NCBI RefSeq assembly: GCF_963921235.1
Contig: NC_086108.1
Span: 76,820,001-76,884,000 of the forward strand
Direction: 5' to 3'
DNA length: 64,000 nt
From: Mobula hypostoma
Taxonomy: Eukaryota
In this document: in pieces, positions 24,773 through 36,921 of the stretch
Numbering within the stretch: the first letter of the stretch is position 1
Layout: every line of letters begins with the position of its first letter
The notes under the pieces: generated by a model
Seen by the model: only the letters and a program-made list of their open reading frames with translations
Databases searched by the model: none
Told to the model about the DNA's origin: nothing
Position numbers and translations under genes: made by a program

Positions 24773-25900
24773 AACTCATTACTACAGATCGGGAAGAAAT
24801 GCCAATAGACAAAGCAGTGTGAAGTGGCTTTTCAAAAGGTAACGCCAGACACTGTACTCACACATTATGATTCTCATAGTCCAGTGAAGCTTGCCTGTGT
24901 CACTTTGCCTATGGTATCGGTGTAGTCATGTCACATGGTATGAGTGATAGAAATGAACACCCTGTAGCCTTTGCATCACATTCCCTTACTGCCACAGAGA
25001 AAAATTATGCACCGATTGACAGTGAGACCTTGAGTCTGGTTTGAGGTGTCATGCAGTACTTGCAGTATGGGAGAGTGCTTACCCTCTTTACTGATCATCA
25101 GCCATGAGTGTCCATTGAAGGGTGTTCTACTAACAGCAGCAGCACAAATGCAGAGATGTGCCCTGATCCTTGGAAGGCACAATTACAAGTTTGAATTTAA
25201 GAGGACAACTAATTATGGAAATACTGATGGATTGTCTCCGTTTACACTTAGAAAAGGAAATACATGAAAAATTTACGAAAGAGAACACTCCTCTTGACAT
25301 ATTCTCCCTAATGCAAATAGAAAGTCTCCCTATTACAGCAGAGATGATCTAAAGGGAAACTAGAAAAGACCCTACACTGTCCTAGGTCTAAATGGCAACC
25401 CAAAATGGCTGGAATGTGCAGCAGAATTTCAACTTCCCCATTTTTACCAGCGCTGGGATGAACTTACCCTTAACAGGGGTTGACTTATGTGAGAATTGAG
25501 AGTTGTTGTGCAAGTTAAGTTGAGAACTAAATTGTTGGTGGAGCTACATGCCGGTCATGTAGGCGTGGTCATAATGGATACTTTGTCTGGTGGCTAGGAT
25601 AGAGCAGCTTGCCGTGCACCATTCGGGATGCCAATAGGTCCAGAAGAAAGGTATCCAGAGCTGTCAGAACTACTTTATACAGTCCCAGAGTCAACTTCTA
25701 CAGCCACCACAGGGGAGGCCCAGAACCTGAGATAGTTTCACAGCCAGAAGTCTCACCTGCCAAGCAGAGTGATGTTACCACACAAGAATATCTAATTCTC
25801 CACAGCGATTAAATCTTCAGGCCTGAAAGGGACAATTTAAAATTTACTATGCTGTGGATGTCTACATAGTGGTTATATTACATAGTATACTGTATGTATG

Positions 25901-25924
25901 TATATATATATATATATATATATA
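25901..25924. repeat. (TA)12 microsatellite
   Basis: Perfect TA run inside the Gypsy 3' region. Confidence 0.95.
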
Positions 25925-26007
25925 GATGACTAGAGAGCAACACATTACATATTAGAGTTAAGGTGCATTCTATATTGACTTGGAGTTTATAGCTCAGCAT
26001 GGAGGAG

Positions 26008-26167
26008 TAAGTATTCTTTGTTTGATTACACAACTCAATATGGGTTATTCTGTATGGGAATGCCAAATGCCATTACGCCAACACGTCATATGCGAGTGCC
26101 TCCCTAAAGGAAAACTTGGCATACGCGTATCCCCGGCTCCTGTGTTTTTCTTTCACAAAACATAGCA
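26008..26167 (+). repeat. 3' LTR of Gypsy element (5' part deleted)
   Basis: Follows the purine tract, is homologous to 21836-22065 and ends AAAACATAGCA. Confidence 0.75.
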
Positions 26168-26197
26168 AAGGTGAGAACAAGTTAAGACAGAGAGAGG

Positions 26198-26472
26198 GTC
26201 AGAGTCAGAATCAGAATCAAGTTTATTATCACTGACGTATGTCATGAAGTTTGTTGTTTTGTGACAGCATTACAGTGCAATACAAAATAGGTTAATAAAA
26301 AGTAAATGAATCGTGTAAAAGAGGAATAATAATACAGTATTTATGGATCAATTGGGAATCTGATGGTGGAGGGGAAGAAGGAGAAGGTGATGAAGCTGAT
26401 TGCTTGAGCCATGGAATGGAGGAGCAGACTCAATGGGCTGAACAGCCGGATTCTGTTTCTGTTTTATGGTCT
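26198..26472. mobile_element. Rex/Babar-like LINE 3' end (minus) joined to a CR1 3' tail (plus)
   Basis: (CAGAAT)n-type tail plus TTTATT at 26198-26230; AATGGAGGAGCAGACTCAATGGGCTGAA CR1 tail at ~26415-26470. Confidence 0.55.
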
Positions 26473-28014
26473 TCTTGGAAGCCACCATTGTCATGGGACT
26501 GAGATGTAGACTGGGTCTCTTTCTCCATGGCAGAAAGAATATGTTTTGGGGGCATTCGTTGAAGATGCCAAAGTGGCTATGAATATCAGATAAGTCTTCA
26601 GAGAACGGAACAATAAGAGAAAAAGAAAAAGAAGTGAAAAGTGAGCCAGTGGACAGGAATGAAATCATTATAATAAAGGTCTCTGAGTTATACATCAGTG
26701 AGGTACTGATATAACCCACATGTCAGTAACGTCACTCAACTCACCTTAGTTTTAAAGCAAGTTTCTTTGATTTGTGGATCAATCTTTCTACGTACATTTT
26801 CCGTGCTACTATATCAAATTTATATTTGTATAATGCATTGCAATGTCTCCTCATAGTTTATTCTTCTGTGAAAATGATATTTGTAGATTTCAGCACCATG
26901 GAATCATCCCAGATAATGTTATTCTCAGAGCAGAAATTCCTCCCTGTATGAGCCCATTGTACTAATGTTGGCAACTCAATGATCAAATGCTAAATAATCT
27001 GTTTCAGATTTTACTCAGGATGCATTAAAGAATTGGAAACAATCTATGTCTGAACTTCGCGATTGCTGTTGAATTTTAAAGAAACTTGATTTAAAACATT
27101 ACCTTGAAGTGCCAGCTTGTCTTCTCCTTTATCCATCTGACTTGCTCAGTGGCAATTGCATTGACCATTTCCATTAACCAGACCTGTGCAATTCATTGTA
27201 CTGTGCTGTCCTCAATACCCTAGAACAATTCCATAGCACCAGTATAGGGAAGGGAAGAGGAAGGAGAGAAAATGTAAGAGAATGGTTAAATATACTGTTG
27301 ACAACTGAGGAAATTATTTTTTCAGATTAACTGAGGGTTGATCATCAATCATTTGACTGAGAATTTTCCAGGATTTAAAACATGGAATAAAATTTTGGAA
27401 CAAAATATTGCCTTTTCAGTTTCATGAAAAAAAATGATATAAGAGTTTGTGCTGGGAATGGGCATTAAGGATTAAATAGTTTTTATGCATGGTGAATGTG
27501 GCTACAGATACTCTGCAGGGATATTTGCACATTTGATTAAATGTCCAGAAATAGACTTAACTCTTTTTCAACCAGTACAGTATGAATGAATGAAAATAAT
27601 GCCTCCATGGTGATGTCTGCCGAGTCTCCTCTCCTCGATTTAAGCTGCTTTCCTGGTGATAGACAAAAGAGAATATGATTTTCTGAATTTTGGTTTATTC
27701 ACATCACAAGCTTGGCAGAGATCATGGTAGACTAATCAATGATTATTTATCATTGCAGACTTGATTGATTTGTGGTTATCCATACAAAAATGTGAATTAT
27801 AAATTCAGCTGCCATGTGTGAACATAAAAAACATGGTCTTCCTCTTTCAAAATCATTCAGACAAAAAGGCAATGTAAGGCCTCTGAAGTAATGCATCAAC
27901 TTGCCAGTTATGGAAAACTGACAGTAAGCAAGAATATTATGAGACTACCACAGTTCTCTTGATAGACATTTCCCAATTTACAGAGAGGACTTGACATTTT
28001 CAAGTATTTTGAGA

Positions 28015-28262
28015 GATATAATTTAAAGGGAAACTGAGGGGGAACTTCTTCAGTGAGAGGGTGGTGTGAGTATGGAACACGCTGCCTGTGAGAGTGGTGC
28101 ATGTGGGTTCGTTTTCAACACTTAAGATAAATTTGGATAAGTACATGGATGAGAGGGGTATGAAAAACTGTATTCCAGGTTCATACGACTAGGCAGAATA
28201 ACTGTTCAGTATGGACTTGATGGGCCAAAGGACCTGTTTCTGTACTGTAGTACTCTAAGACT
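28015..28262 (+). mobile_element. CR1 LINE 3' fragment
   Basis: Homologous to 12246-12582 (TTTAAAGGGAAACTGAGGGGGAACTTCTTCAGTGAGAGGG...GGGCCAAAGGACCTGTTTCTG). Confidence 0.8.
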
Positions 28263-29290
28263 TTACAATGCACATAGCTGCCAATGTTCCCCCCCTTTTG
28301 TCTCTGCTCTTCCCATAGACAGTGACCTCTGGTTCCAAGGGTTTTGTCGTCCTATAGTTTTGTAGCTTATGTTACAGGTAAGTGATTTTAATTTGCTGGT
28401 CACAAAGAGTGTCAGTTTTTCTATGTAGGGGTCCGAACTTCTGTTCTTTATTCCAAACTCACGAAAGGATAGTGTCCCCATTCCAGCACACCTGATGGCA
28501 GTATGGACAAGTAATTAATTGACAATATGCCGTACAAAACCTAAGATTTTATGTGCCTTTATTATTCATGGTTGATGGGCAATGCGGCAGTTATCTCACC
28601 ATCAACCCCCTCCTCCACCTCCCCAATTAACCCAGTGCAGTTTCTTCTGCATAGGATTCTTTGTAAGGATAATTGCAGCCTCTAAATCACACTGAGCTTA
28701 CTACAGTTATCTCCCTCTGCAGTCAATAAAGTGGCACCTGGTATTTGATAAATGGGCTACATTTCCACCCAGAAGATAAGTAAATAACAAACATATCTAT
28801 CTGAATAATGATTCACTCATTCTTGACGACCCATTCTACACTGAGGCCAGCTGATAAAACTGGAAACCTGAATTAGAAATGATAGGTTATGGCAGATAGA
28901 TCCCAGTTCTTATATAGACTGGAGTTGGGGGGGGAGGCGGTGGGTAAAGAGTTGAAGGGAAGCCTTTAAGGATTTCTTGGAATGACATGAACCCTTTTTA
29001 ACTTCTGGGACTCAGTTCTTCATTCAGATCAAAACCGGTGGAAGTGAAGTGCCAGGGATTGTCTGTCAGTGGAAAGGGTTTGAGTAGGCCTGAGTTTCAC
29101 AAAATAGATTTCTTGGCAAGACAAATCAATCAGGAACTGGTAGAAGGAAGAGAATGTGGATAGGGAACATTTGGGATCGATGCTTTGGCCCAGCTAGCTC
29201 CAGTTTCCCTGCTGAGCCAGGGATAGTGTTGTTGCTCCTGCCAAAAATAAATATTTCAAAAATGTATTATGTAAACACTTACATGTGTCT

Positions 29291-29969
29291 CAAACAAGAG
29301 AAAATCCGCAGTGCTGGAAATCAGAGTAGTGCACACAAAATGCTGAAAGAACTCAGCAGGCCGGGCAGCATCTATGGAAAACAGTATACAGTCACCGTTA
29401 CAGCCCAAGACCCTTAGTCATTTCTGGAGAGAAAGAGATGAGAAGTCAGACTAAGAAGGTGGAGGAAGGGAAGGAAGAAGTACAAGGTGGTAGGTGATAG
29501 GTGAAACCAAGAGGGGGGACGGGTGAAGTAAAAAGCTGGGAAGTTTTGTGGTGAAAGAGATAAATGGCTAGAGAAAGGGAAATCTGATAGAAGAAGATAT
29601 AAGGCCATGGAAGAAAGGGAAGGGGGAGGAGCACCAGAGGAGGGTGGTGAATAGGTAAGGAGATAAGGTGAGGGGGGAAATTGGAATGGGGAATGGTGAA
29701 GGAGGGTGGGGGGGCAATTACCTGAAGTTCGAGAAATTGATTTTCGTGCCATCAGATTGAAGGCTACCCAGATGGAATCTAAGGTGTTGCTCCTCCATCA
29801 CGAGTGTGGCCTCATCGTGGCAGTAGTGAGGCTATGGACTGCCATGTTGGAATAGGAATGGGAAGGAGAATTGAAATGGGCGGCCTCTGGGAGGTCCCAC
29901 TTTTATTGGTGGATGGAGCATACGTGCTTGGTGAAGGAGTTTCCCAATCTATGTCAAGTCTCACCGATG
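29291..29969 (-). mobile_element. Penelope-like element 3' fragment
   Basis: Reverse-complement homologue of 22747-23312, with GIY-YIG C-terminal remnant, purine-rich tract on plus and an eroded hammerhead cassette at ~29390-29425. Confidence 0.85.
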
Positions 29970-30225
29970 TCTCCTGTCCCAAGCCTGAAGCATCTGGCAG
30001 ATGGTAAAGGCTGCCTCAAACTGAAGGGAATCGAATGATTTCCTGCTCTTTTGAGTAGAGTGTTTGAAGAGTTATTAACTATTTTATCATTCCAAAAAAA
30101 AGCTTTGTAAACTTTAATATTGTTGAGGCTTTATCCCATTGGTTTTATCGGTGGTTATTGCTATAATCCAATGCTGGAACTGTGAAGGTTATCCTCCAGT
30201 TTATGAAATATGTAATTCAAATTAA

Positions 30226-30420
30226 TAAGACCATAGGATATAGAATCAGAATTAGGGCATTTGGCCGATTGAGTCTGCTCTGCCATTCCATCATGGCTGA
30301 TTTATTCTCCTTCAAGCTCTCCTGCCTTTTCACCATAACTTTTGATGCCCTTACTAATCAAGAACTTATCAACCTCTGCTTTAAGTATATCCAGTTACTT
30401 GGCCTCCACAGCCCATGTGG
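30226..30420 (-). mobile_element. CR1 LINE 3' fragment
   Basis: Reverse complement of the CR1 3'UTR type seen at 9750-9910. Confidence 0.75.
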
Positions 30421-33102
30421 AACTCCACTCTTCCAATACCTGAAAAAATTGTATTGTAATGAAAACTAAGCAAGCATTTTTAGTCTGAATGAATTGAATT
30501 GGATACTGAATCAGGGGTTTAAATTAAACTGTGCATTTGTCCAAGTTACCAAAAAGTAATTGTTGAATTTTATGCCTGTTGTTCGGAATTTCATTCAAGA
30601 CATTTGATTTTCCCCCTTGCCATCACACTTCCCAATACCACAAAATATTCTATTGGCTAAAGTGGCAGTCAACCACTTCTCAGACCTGACGTTGCTATTC
30701 TTGGCACAAGGCTTATGTTGACTCACTTGCTGATTTTTCCTCCTTCCCACTTATGGGAAGCATCTGGCTTCTGCTCAGTGCCTTTACTTGGATGCGATGG
30801 CCAGGCTCAGGAACTCGCCATGTGGAAAATCTCAGAAATGAATCTGTATCCCTGTTTATCATATTGAACAGTTCTCCAGCTGCTCTCCTCTCATATATTT
30901 CTGATCATGTTCCTATTAATCACTGAACTGGCCTAAGTTGTGGTTCGGAACAATTTGAAAGCAGCGTTAAACCAAAGCCTGTCTCTGGAAGGACAAAGAT
31001 TTTTATTTAATTTTATTTGCCTACCTGGTGATTAGAAGAAATCTTTTGTCAATAAACGCCAGTGTGCAGCCAAACTGCAGTGAACATAAGTGCTTGCCAT
31101 GTGTTCAGTAGGTGTCAGGATGCTTAGCTTGTTAATTGCTGACCTATTAATAAATGAGTCTTTAATACAGTACAGCTAGAGGCAGGGGATGAGGCCAAGG
31201 GTGGAGGCAGCTGTTTACATGACATCTGTTTGTGCCGGTGCATGGCTGTAACAGGATTTCCCTGCTGGAAGCAAGTGTGCTTTTTTTGGGAGAGAGTCAC
31301 AGCAATTTGCATTGTTTGTGCAAGGTCTGGGGACAAAAATAGAACCCAAAGTAATTTCTGGCTGAGATCTGTTTTCATTTCCCTCTAATCTTTTCTTTAA
31401 AGATTAGAGGAAATGGTTTTCGACTGTAAATATTGTCAGTTATTTTTATCACAGCAAACTTATCATTATTGTCTGCAAATTCTTTGGTAGTGTCTTATGT
31501 TTTCAATGGGAGAAAAAGAGACAGAATCGTGATCAGGCTATATTTTCCTTCCCCTCTCCTTTTAAACAAAATCTGAAAGAACCGTATTCTCCAACATTCC
31601 TACCCAGCTACTCGCAATTTCACTGATTGTGTCAGTAATGGAGAAAACATGCAACTATTGATAATTGGTGATTTGTTAGATAAAGAAAGTTAGATTTCAA
31701 AATTGGGGAACTATTAGAATAAACTTCTGAAAGCTCGTTGGCTAAACATCATAGAATAGATTTATCACAATGTGACAGTCAACTTAGATGCAGATCTTTG
31801 TTGTTTGTCACTTTATTTCTTCTGTTGTGATGTTAGCTCATCTATTAGGCATCCTCCTTCAGCTGGTTCGACACATAAAAGAAGCTTTTAGATTCCTTTA
31901 TGTCATGCAATCCTATGTGTGCTGGGAGGAAACTTTCCTCTTGAAATTGATGCCATTCTTTTTTCTGACTTTGACTTCCTTTGCTTCCTGCACCGCCTAA
32001 CAGAAGCCTGTCAGATCTATGTGCCTCTCTCAGTTAGAAGAATAGGATAACCAGGTTTGCAACCCAGAGATCCTAGTTAAAATCAGCAAACATAATTCAA
32101 TCAGTTGTACTGCGGAGCTGAGGTAAATTGCTTTGAAATGGTGTCATTTGGAATTAGGAACAGGGCATTAGAACATGATCTTGCAGCTGCAGCAAAAGAC
32201 AGTTTGAGAATTTGTTTTGCAAATTGATAAGACCTTCCCTCATTCCAAATGCTGCATGACTTTATGAGTTTCTGATATATCTGGCAACTGCAGTAACTAA
32301 TCATTTTGATGACCCTGATCAGCTTTGTACTTTTGAGATTCCACTCTTAGGATGTAGAGGCAAAACTGAGCTCCATAACATCTTTTCTTTGGGTGCCACA
32401 TGTGACGAATATATTCTATTTGGGAGAGTGATGCGTGTAAGCATATTTATGATGTTTGTCACACCAGCTGTTGTGTTGGTAATGACTTAACGTGTGCATG
32501 GATAACACCAGCTGAAAGTGCTCAAAGTAAGTAGATCATGATGTCAATTAGCATGCAATGTTGATTTGATGTCAGTGCTGCCAAATTGAAGCTAAACGTT
32601 CCAGCTTATGCACTTTCTTAACTCGGCACAGCTGCAAACATATTCAGGTTGAGGAAGAGAGCCCCAAAAGTACGGTTTAAAGGGATCATAAACTGATTGA
32701 TTTCAACTGGGTGTTCCCATAATTCTATAATTGATCGCTCCTTCTACATGTTATTGAACTCACTAATGTCTACGGGGAATGATATTCCAGATACAGGGGT
32801 ATTTAACTTTGACTCCAAGGCTCCAGAACAAACCATTGTTTCCAAAGATGGATTCCTTATTCCTGGTGTACAGTATGACTGCATGATTGAACTGTGGACA
32901 CACAGAGCGGAACATGCTGCTAGAAGAGGGAGGAACAGAAGGGAAAGAAGGGGATCTCAGAGGAAGCCATTTCTGTTACTTTATTCAGGCATGAGGCATT
33001 CTGCCAGAGTCTCAGTGAGTAGCAGAGCACAAGGCAATCAATCTTTAGTGAGATCATCCTTGGTGAGCTATGTCAGTAGATCCAGCCACAAGGCAAGCTT
33101 AG

Positions 33103-33320
33103 ACATAGAACATAGAACAATGCAGCACTATGGCTACACCATGATCAATCTAACTAGTCCTTCCTTCCTACATAGACCATAACCTTCCATTTTCTTACAT
33201 CCACCTACATAACTGAGTCCTTTCAATGTCTTCATTGTATCAGCTTCCACCATCGCCACAAGCAGTGTGTTTCAGGCTTCCAACACTCTGCATAAAAAAC
33301 CCTGCCTCTGACATCTCTGT
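33103..33320 (-). mobile_element. CR1 LINE 3' fragment
   Basis: ACATAGAACATAGAACA tail and decayed ORF2 end. Confidence 0.7.
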
Positions 33321-33927
33321 GAGGAAACTGTATTACCACTGGCTATTGAGGACTCTAGCCAAGGCCTAATTTTTATGTGTATGAGTTGGATTTGCAGATA
33401 TCTGCAATATCCACTGCTTCCCAGCAATGCCTCACATTTTCCCATCCACTGGTACATAAGGGAGGACAGTAATATCTCTTCTGACATGCCTGCTAATGCA
33501 CCCATTCATTAATTCTGCATCCCAAAATCCCAGAACAGAGAGATGTCTAATATACATCTTACAATATCCTTAATCAAGATGTTTCTGGAGATTCACCACA
33601 GGCCGGTCCCACGCTTTGGCAAAGCTCTAATTGATTCTGCATTGTATCTGAGTTGGTAGCTGGGTGTGTTAAATGAAGAGAGCATGAGAGCATCATTATC
33701 ATTCTTTTCTTGATCTTCTACTTACCCGACCAAATTGTGGGTCATCAGGAGAAAGCAACATGTAAGGAGTTGTGGTGTATTGAGGTTAGTTGGAAGTATG
33801 AGGTACGTCTGCATCTTGTAAATCAGGATATATTGTTGGATGAAGGGAAATGGGATGTGAATTAACAGAGATTATCAGAAAGTAGTAAAGATGCAGTGAG
33901 AAGTGTCTAAAATGACTGAGGAGCTTA

Positions 33928-34146
33928 GCGGTGGCATTGTGGCACCGCTGCCTGTAAGGAGCTTGTCTGTTCTCCCTGTGACTGTGTGGGTTTCCTCGCA
34001 CAGTCCAAAGACGTACTGGTTGGTAGGTTAATTGATCATCGTAAATTGTCCCCGTGGTTTGGCTGGAATTAACTTGGGGGGTTGCTAAGCAGTGTGGCTT
34101 AAAGGGATGGAAGGGCCTATTTTGCACTGCATCTCAATAAATAAAT
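33928..34146 (+). mobile_element. HE1/V-SINE-type SINE
   Basis: TTCTCCCTGTGACTGTGTGGGTTTCCTC...CCAAAGACGTACTGGTTGGTAGGTTAATTG central domain and CR1-like tail. Confidence 0.75.
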
Positions 34147-34264
34147 TTGCATGCTGGCAGTAGTTTCCAGGAGCTTGATTTGTGTCTTTGACTGCCTTAG
34201 CTATCTTCTCAAACAGATTCTGTGACGTGTCTCTCAAAATCTTCCTGGCTTCTGAGGAACCAAA

Positions 34265-35000
34265 CACTTTCTACTGCTTTGCATTTTCTCCATTAGCTTT
34301 CATTAGTAGCCACAAGTTGTCGATATTCCTCACTTCCTTCCACTCTAGCAGATACAAATTTGGTTTGTCAAACCTTTCTACGTAAGACAGTTCTCTCCTT
34401 CTGGGATAAATCAAGTGAATTTTTACTGAACTGCCTCCATTGCCTTTACATCCTTTGCGAAATAAGTAGACCAATGGTTGACATAATATTGCAGATGTGG
34501 TCTCATCAATGCCCTGCACCAATAAAGAGTATCCTCCCTATGGTTGTATTCATTCCCCTATAAATAACAACAACATTCTGTTAATTTTCCTCATAATTGT
34601 ACCTGATTCCTGAACTTTATTGAAGCACACACCTGGACACCCTTCAGTACCTCGGGGCCCTGCACTCTCTCTGGTCATTCAGATAATACGTTACTTTTTT
34701 CAATGTTTTTGCCAAAATGGACAATTTCAGATTTTCTGACCTTTGGCAGAATTTTTTCTACTGCCTATTTTCTTTGTAGTCTCCTTATCTCCTCTTCACA
34801 ATTTCTCCCGTCTTTGCATCATCAGCATATCTAGCAAACGTATCTTTGGTGTTTTCATCCAAGTTATTTGCATAATTTATTAAAAAAAGGTTACAGCCCA
34901 AAGGCACTGACCCCCTTGTCACACCACTCATTATATCTTGTTGATAAGAAAAGGAAATATTTATCCCTACTCTCTGTTTCAGCCAACCTTCTATCCATGT
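34265..35000 (-). mobile_element. Old, highly decayed CR1 LINE fragment
   Basis: Minus-strand remnants of RYADDAK and RPHL..C motifs. Confidence 0.65.
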
Positions 35001-35793
35001 TACCTTATTTCATTTTATGTAGCACCAAAATGAAATTTAGTTAATTACAGCAGATCTGTGCCTTTTTCAATAGATATAATCTGAAAAGGTACACTGAAAG
35101 TTTATGTGTAATTGCCGTCATTGCTGTTCTGTCGCACTTTGTTGCCAGACGCTTTTGTCTGAATCTGCTGATTACAGAGTGTATTTTCTGTGGAATTTTA
35201 TTGAGAAGCTAGGCAGTGCCAGTTCTAATTTATCATCTCCACTCATGATCTTTCTGCAAAATCTCTTGTTGTCCCATCGCAGGAAGTTAGAAACATAGAC
35301 CTGAGCTCTGCTCTTTCCACAAGAGTTATGCCAACCTGTTGGTCTTTGAACTAGAGAGTCATGTGCTTAAGTATGGACCGACCAACACTTCAGTGCAATA
35401 TTAATGGAGTGCTGAGCTGTTCAAGATGCAATCCCTTGATTGAAATTTTATGCTTTGTGATCTTCTTTGTCAAGTGAGTGCAATATGTTGTGATACTACT
35501 TCAAAGAAGAGCAATGAAGCTATCCCCGCTATCCTGATCAGCTCTCCCAACAACACATCAGATTATCTAAATTAAATTTTTGCAATTAATGGACAAGTGC
35601 ACTTCATTGGTAGCAATGTGCTTTGATATTTAATGGTGGTGAATTGTGCCATTTAAGTGGAAGCATTTCTATTTAGTCCCTCAGTCTCACAGAAACCATC
35701 CTTGATTCCTCTCAGAGGCCATCTTGCAAGGACAGCAGGTTTCTTGTTGGTGAGTGGGAACTTAGTGCTATACCTCAAGTCACAAAATTGTTT

Positions 35794-36260
35794 CAACACC
35801 TCATATACTGTCTGGGTAGTCTCCAGCCCCTTGGTATGAACATTGAATTCTCCAACTTCCGGTAATTCCCTCCCACTCCCGTCCCCCATCCCAGTTTCAC
35901 TCTGCCCCCTCCCCCAGCTGCCTATCACCTCCCTCATAGTTCTGCCTCCTTCTACTACCCATTGTGCTTTCCCCTATTCCCTCGTCACCTTTCCTGCCTA
36001 TCCCCTCCCTGTTTCTCCTCCCCCACCCCTTTATCTTTCCCCTTACCGGTTTTTCACCTGACATTTACCAGCCTTCTCCTTCCCACCCTCCCCCTGCCTT
36101 CTTTATAGGGCCTCTGCCCCTTCCCTCTTCAGTCCTGACGAAGGGTTCCGGCCCAAAACATTGACTGATGGTTTCCACGGATGCTGCCCGACCTGCTGAG
36201 TTCCTCCAGTGTGCTGTGAGTGTTGCTTTGACCCCAGCATCTGCAGACTATTTTGTGTTT
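35794..36260 (+). mobile_element. Penelope-like element 3' fragment with TSD
   Basis: QHLIYCLGSLQPLGMNIEFSNF, pyrimidine tract and hammerhead cassette at 36131-36166. Flanked by ACAAAATTGTT(T/G)CAAC at 35782-35797 and 36261-36276. Confidence 0.88.
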
Positions 36261-36791
36261 ACAAAATTGTTGCAACTTGGCCAGAAAAAGACGGGGAAAG
36301 AATAAAAGTCCAATAGCAGCCCCAGATATTTAACGTCTTTTGTTTTGGCCAGGAATGGAGATTTTTGTCAGGCACAAATGATTTGAGGTGCAGGCAGTGC
36401 TGTACCAGAGACTTTGCCATCATACCAGGATGGCTTATGCTTACTTTTTGCCAGTAGCCTGCTTGCTGTCTTGACGTTCATAGATTTGGGATAATGAAGA
36501 AAATCTAAACCAAGATAACCATTACAGATGGTTATATTAATTTACAGATTAAAAACTAACTAGAAACATTAGAAAGATACTGATCCATGTATAGATACTA
36601 TTCTTTATAAAAAAATTAGAATGATGGACTGTTTATATAATGATAGCTTATGTGCGATAATATGCTCAGCAAGTAAACTGGTCTGGCAATTATTTTCTTA
36701 AGGACGACAAATTGAGAAACGCTTAATTTTTCAATGAAGGACTATTACTATAGTACTTTCATAATAATTTTTACATTTTTCTTTAAATCAG

Positions 36792-36921
36792 GCAAGAAGA
36801 AGGCAACTCTGTACGATACTCAAGCTCCAATATGCCCCATCTGTCAGGTACTGCTCCGTCCAAGTGAACTACAAGACCATATGGAACAAGAGCTGGAAAA
36901 GCTCACTCAAAGCAACTTATG
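36792..36921 (+). CDS. RNF220: Internal coding exon of RING finger protein 220 (E3 ubiquitin ligase), probably equivalent to human exon 3
   Basis: Translates (G)KKKATLYDTQAPICPICQVLLRPSELQDHMEQELEKLTQSNL, closely matching the vertebrate RNF220 peptide as I recall it (KKKAALFDSQAPICPICQVLLRPSELQEHMEQELEQL). T-rich tract plus CAG acceptor at 36789-36791 and GTATGG donor at 36922. 130 nt, phase 1 to phase 2. No other RNF220 exon recognised in the window. Confidence 0.93.

Larger units (their letters stand above)
21836..26167 (+). mobile_element. Full-span but decayed Ty3/Gypsy LTR retrotransposon carrying three nested insertions
   Basis: 5' LTR TG...CA at 21836-22065. PBS-like TAGTGATGAGGA (decayed TGGCGACGAGGA, tRNA-Ser type). 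Gag MAGYI..., protease, SFLGFVNY and RNase H-like remnants. PPT-like GGAGGAG at 26001-26007 and partial 3' LTR at 26008-26167. Flanks AAGAT/AAGGT give a 5-bp TSD with one mismatch. Confidence 0.88.

Noticed and set aside
32697..33182. 161-aa ORF
   Set aside because: Non-ATG start, runs into a CR1 tail, no recognisable domain; probably chance.
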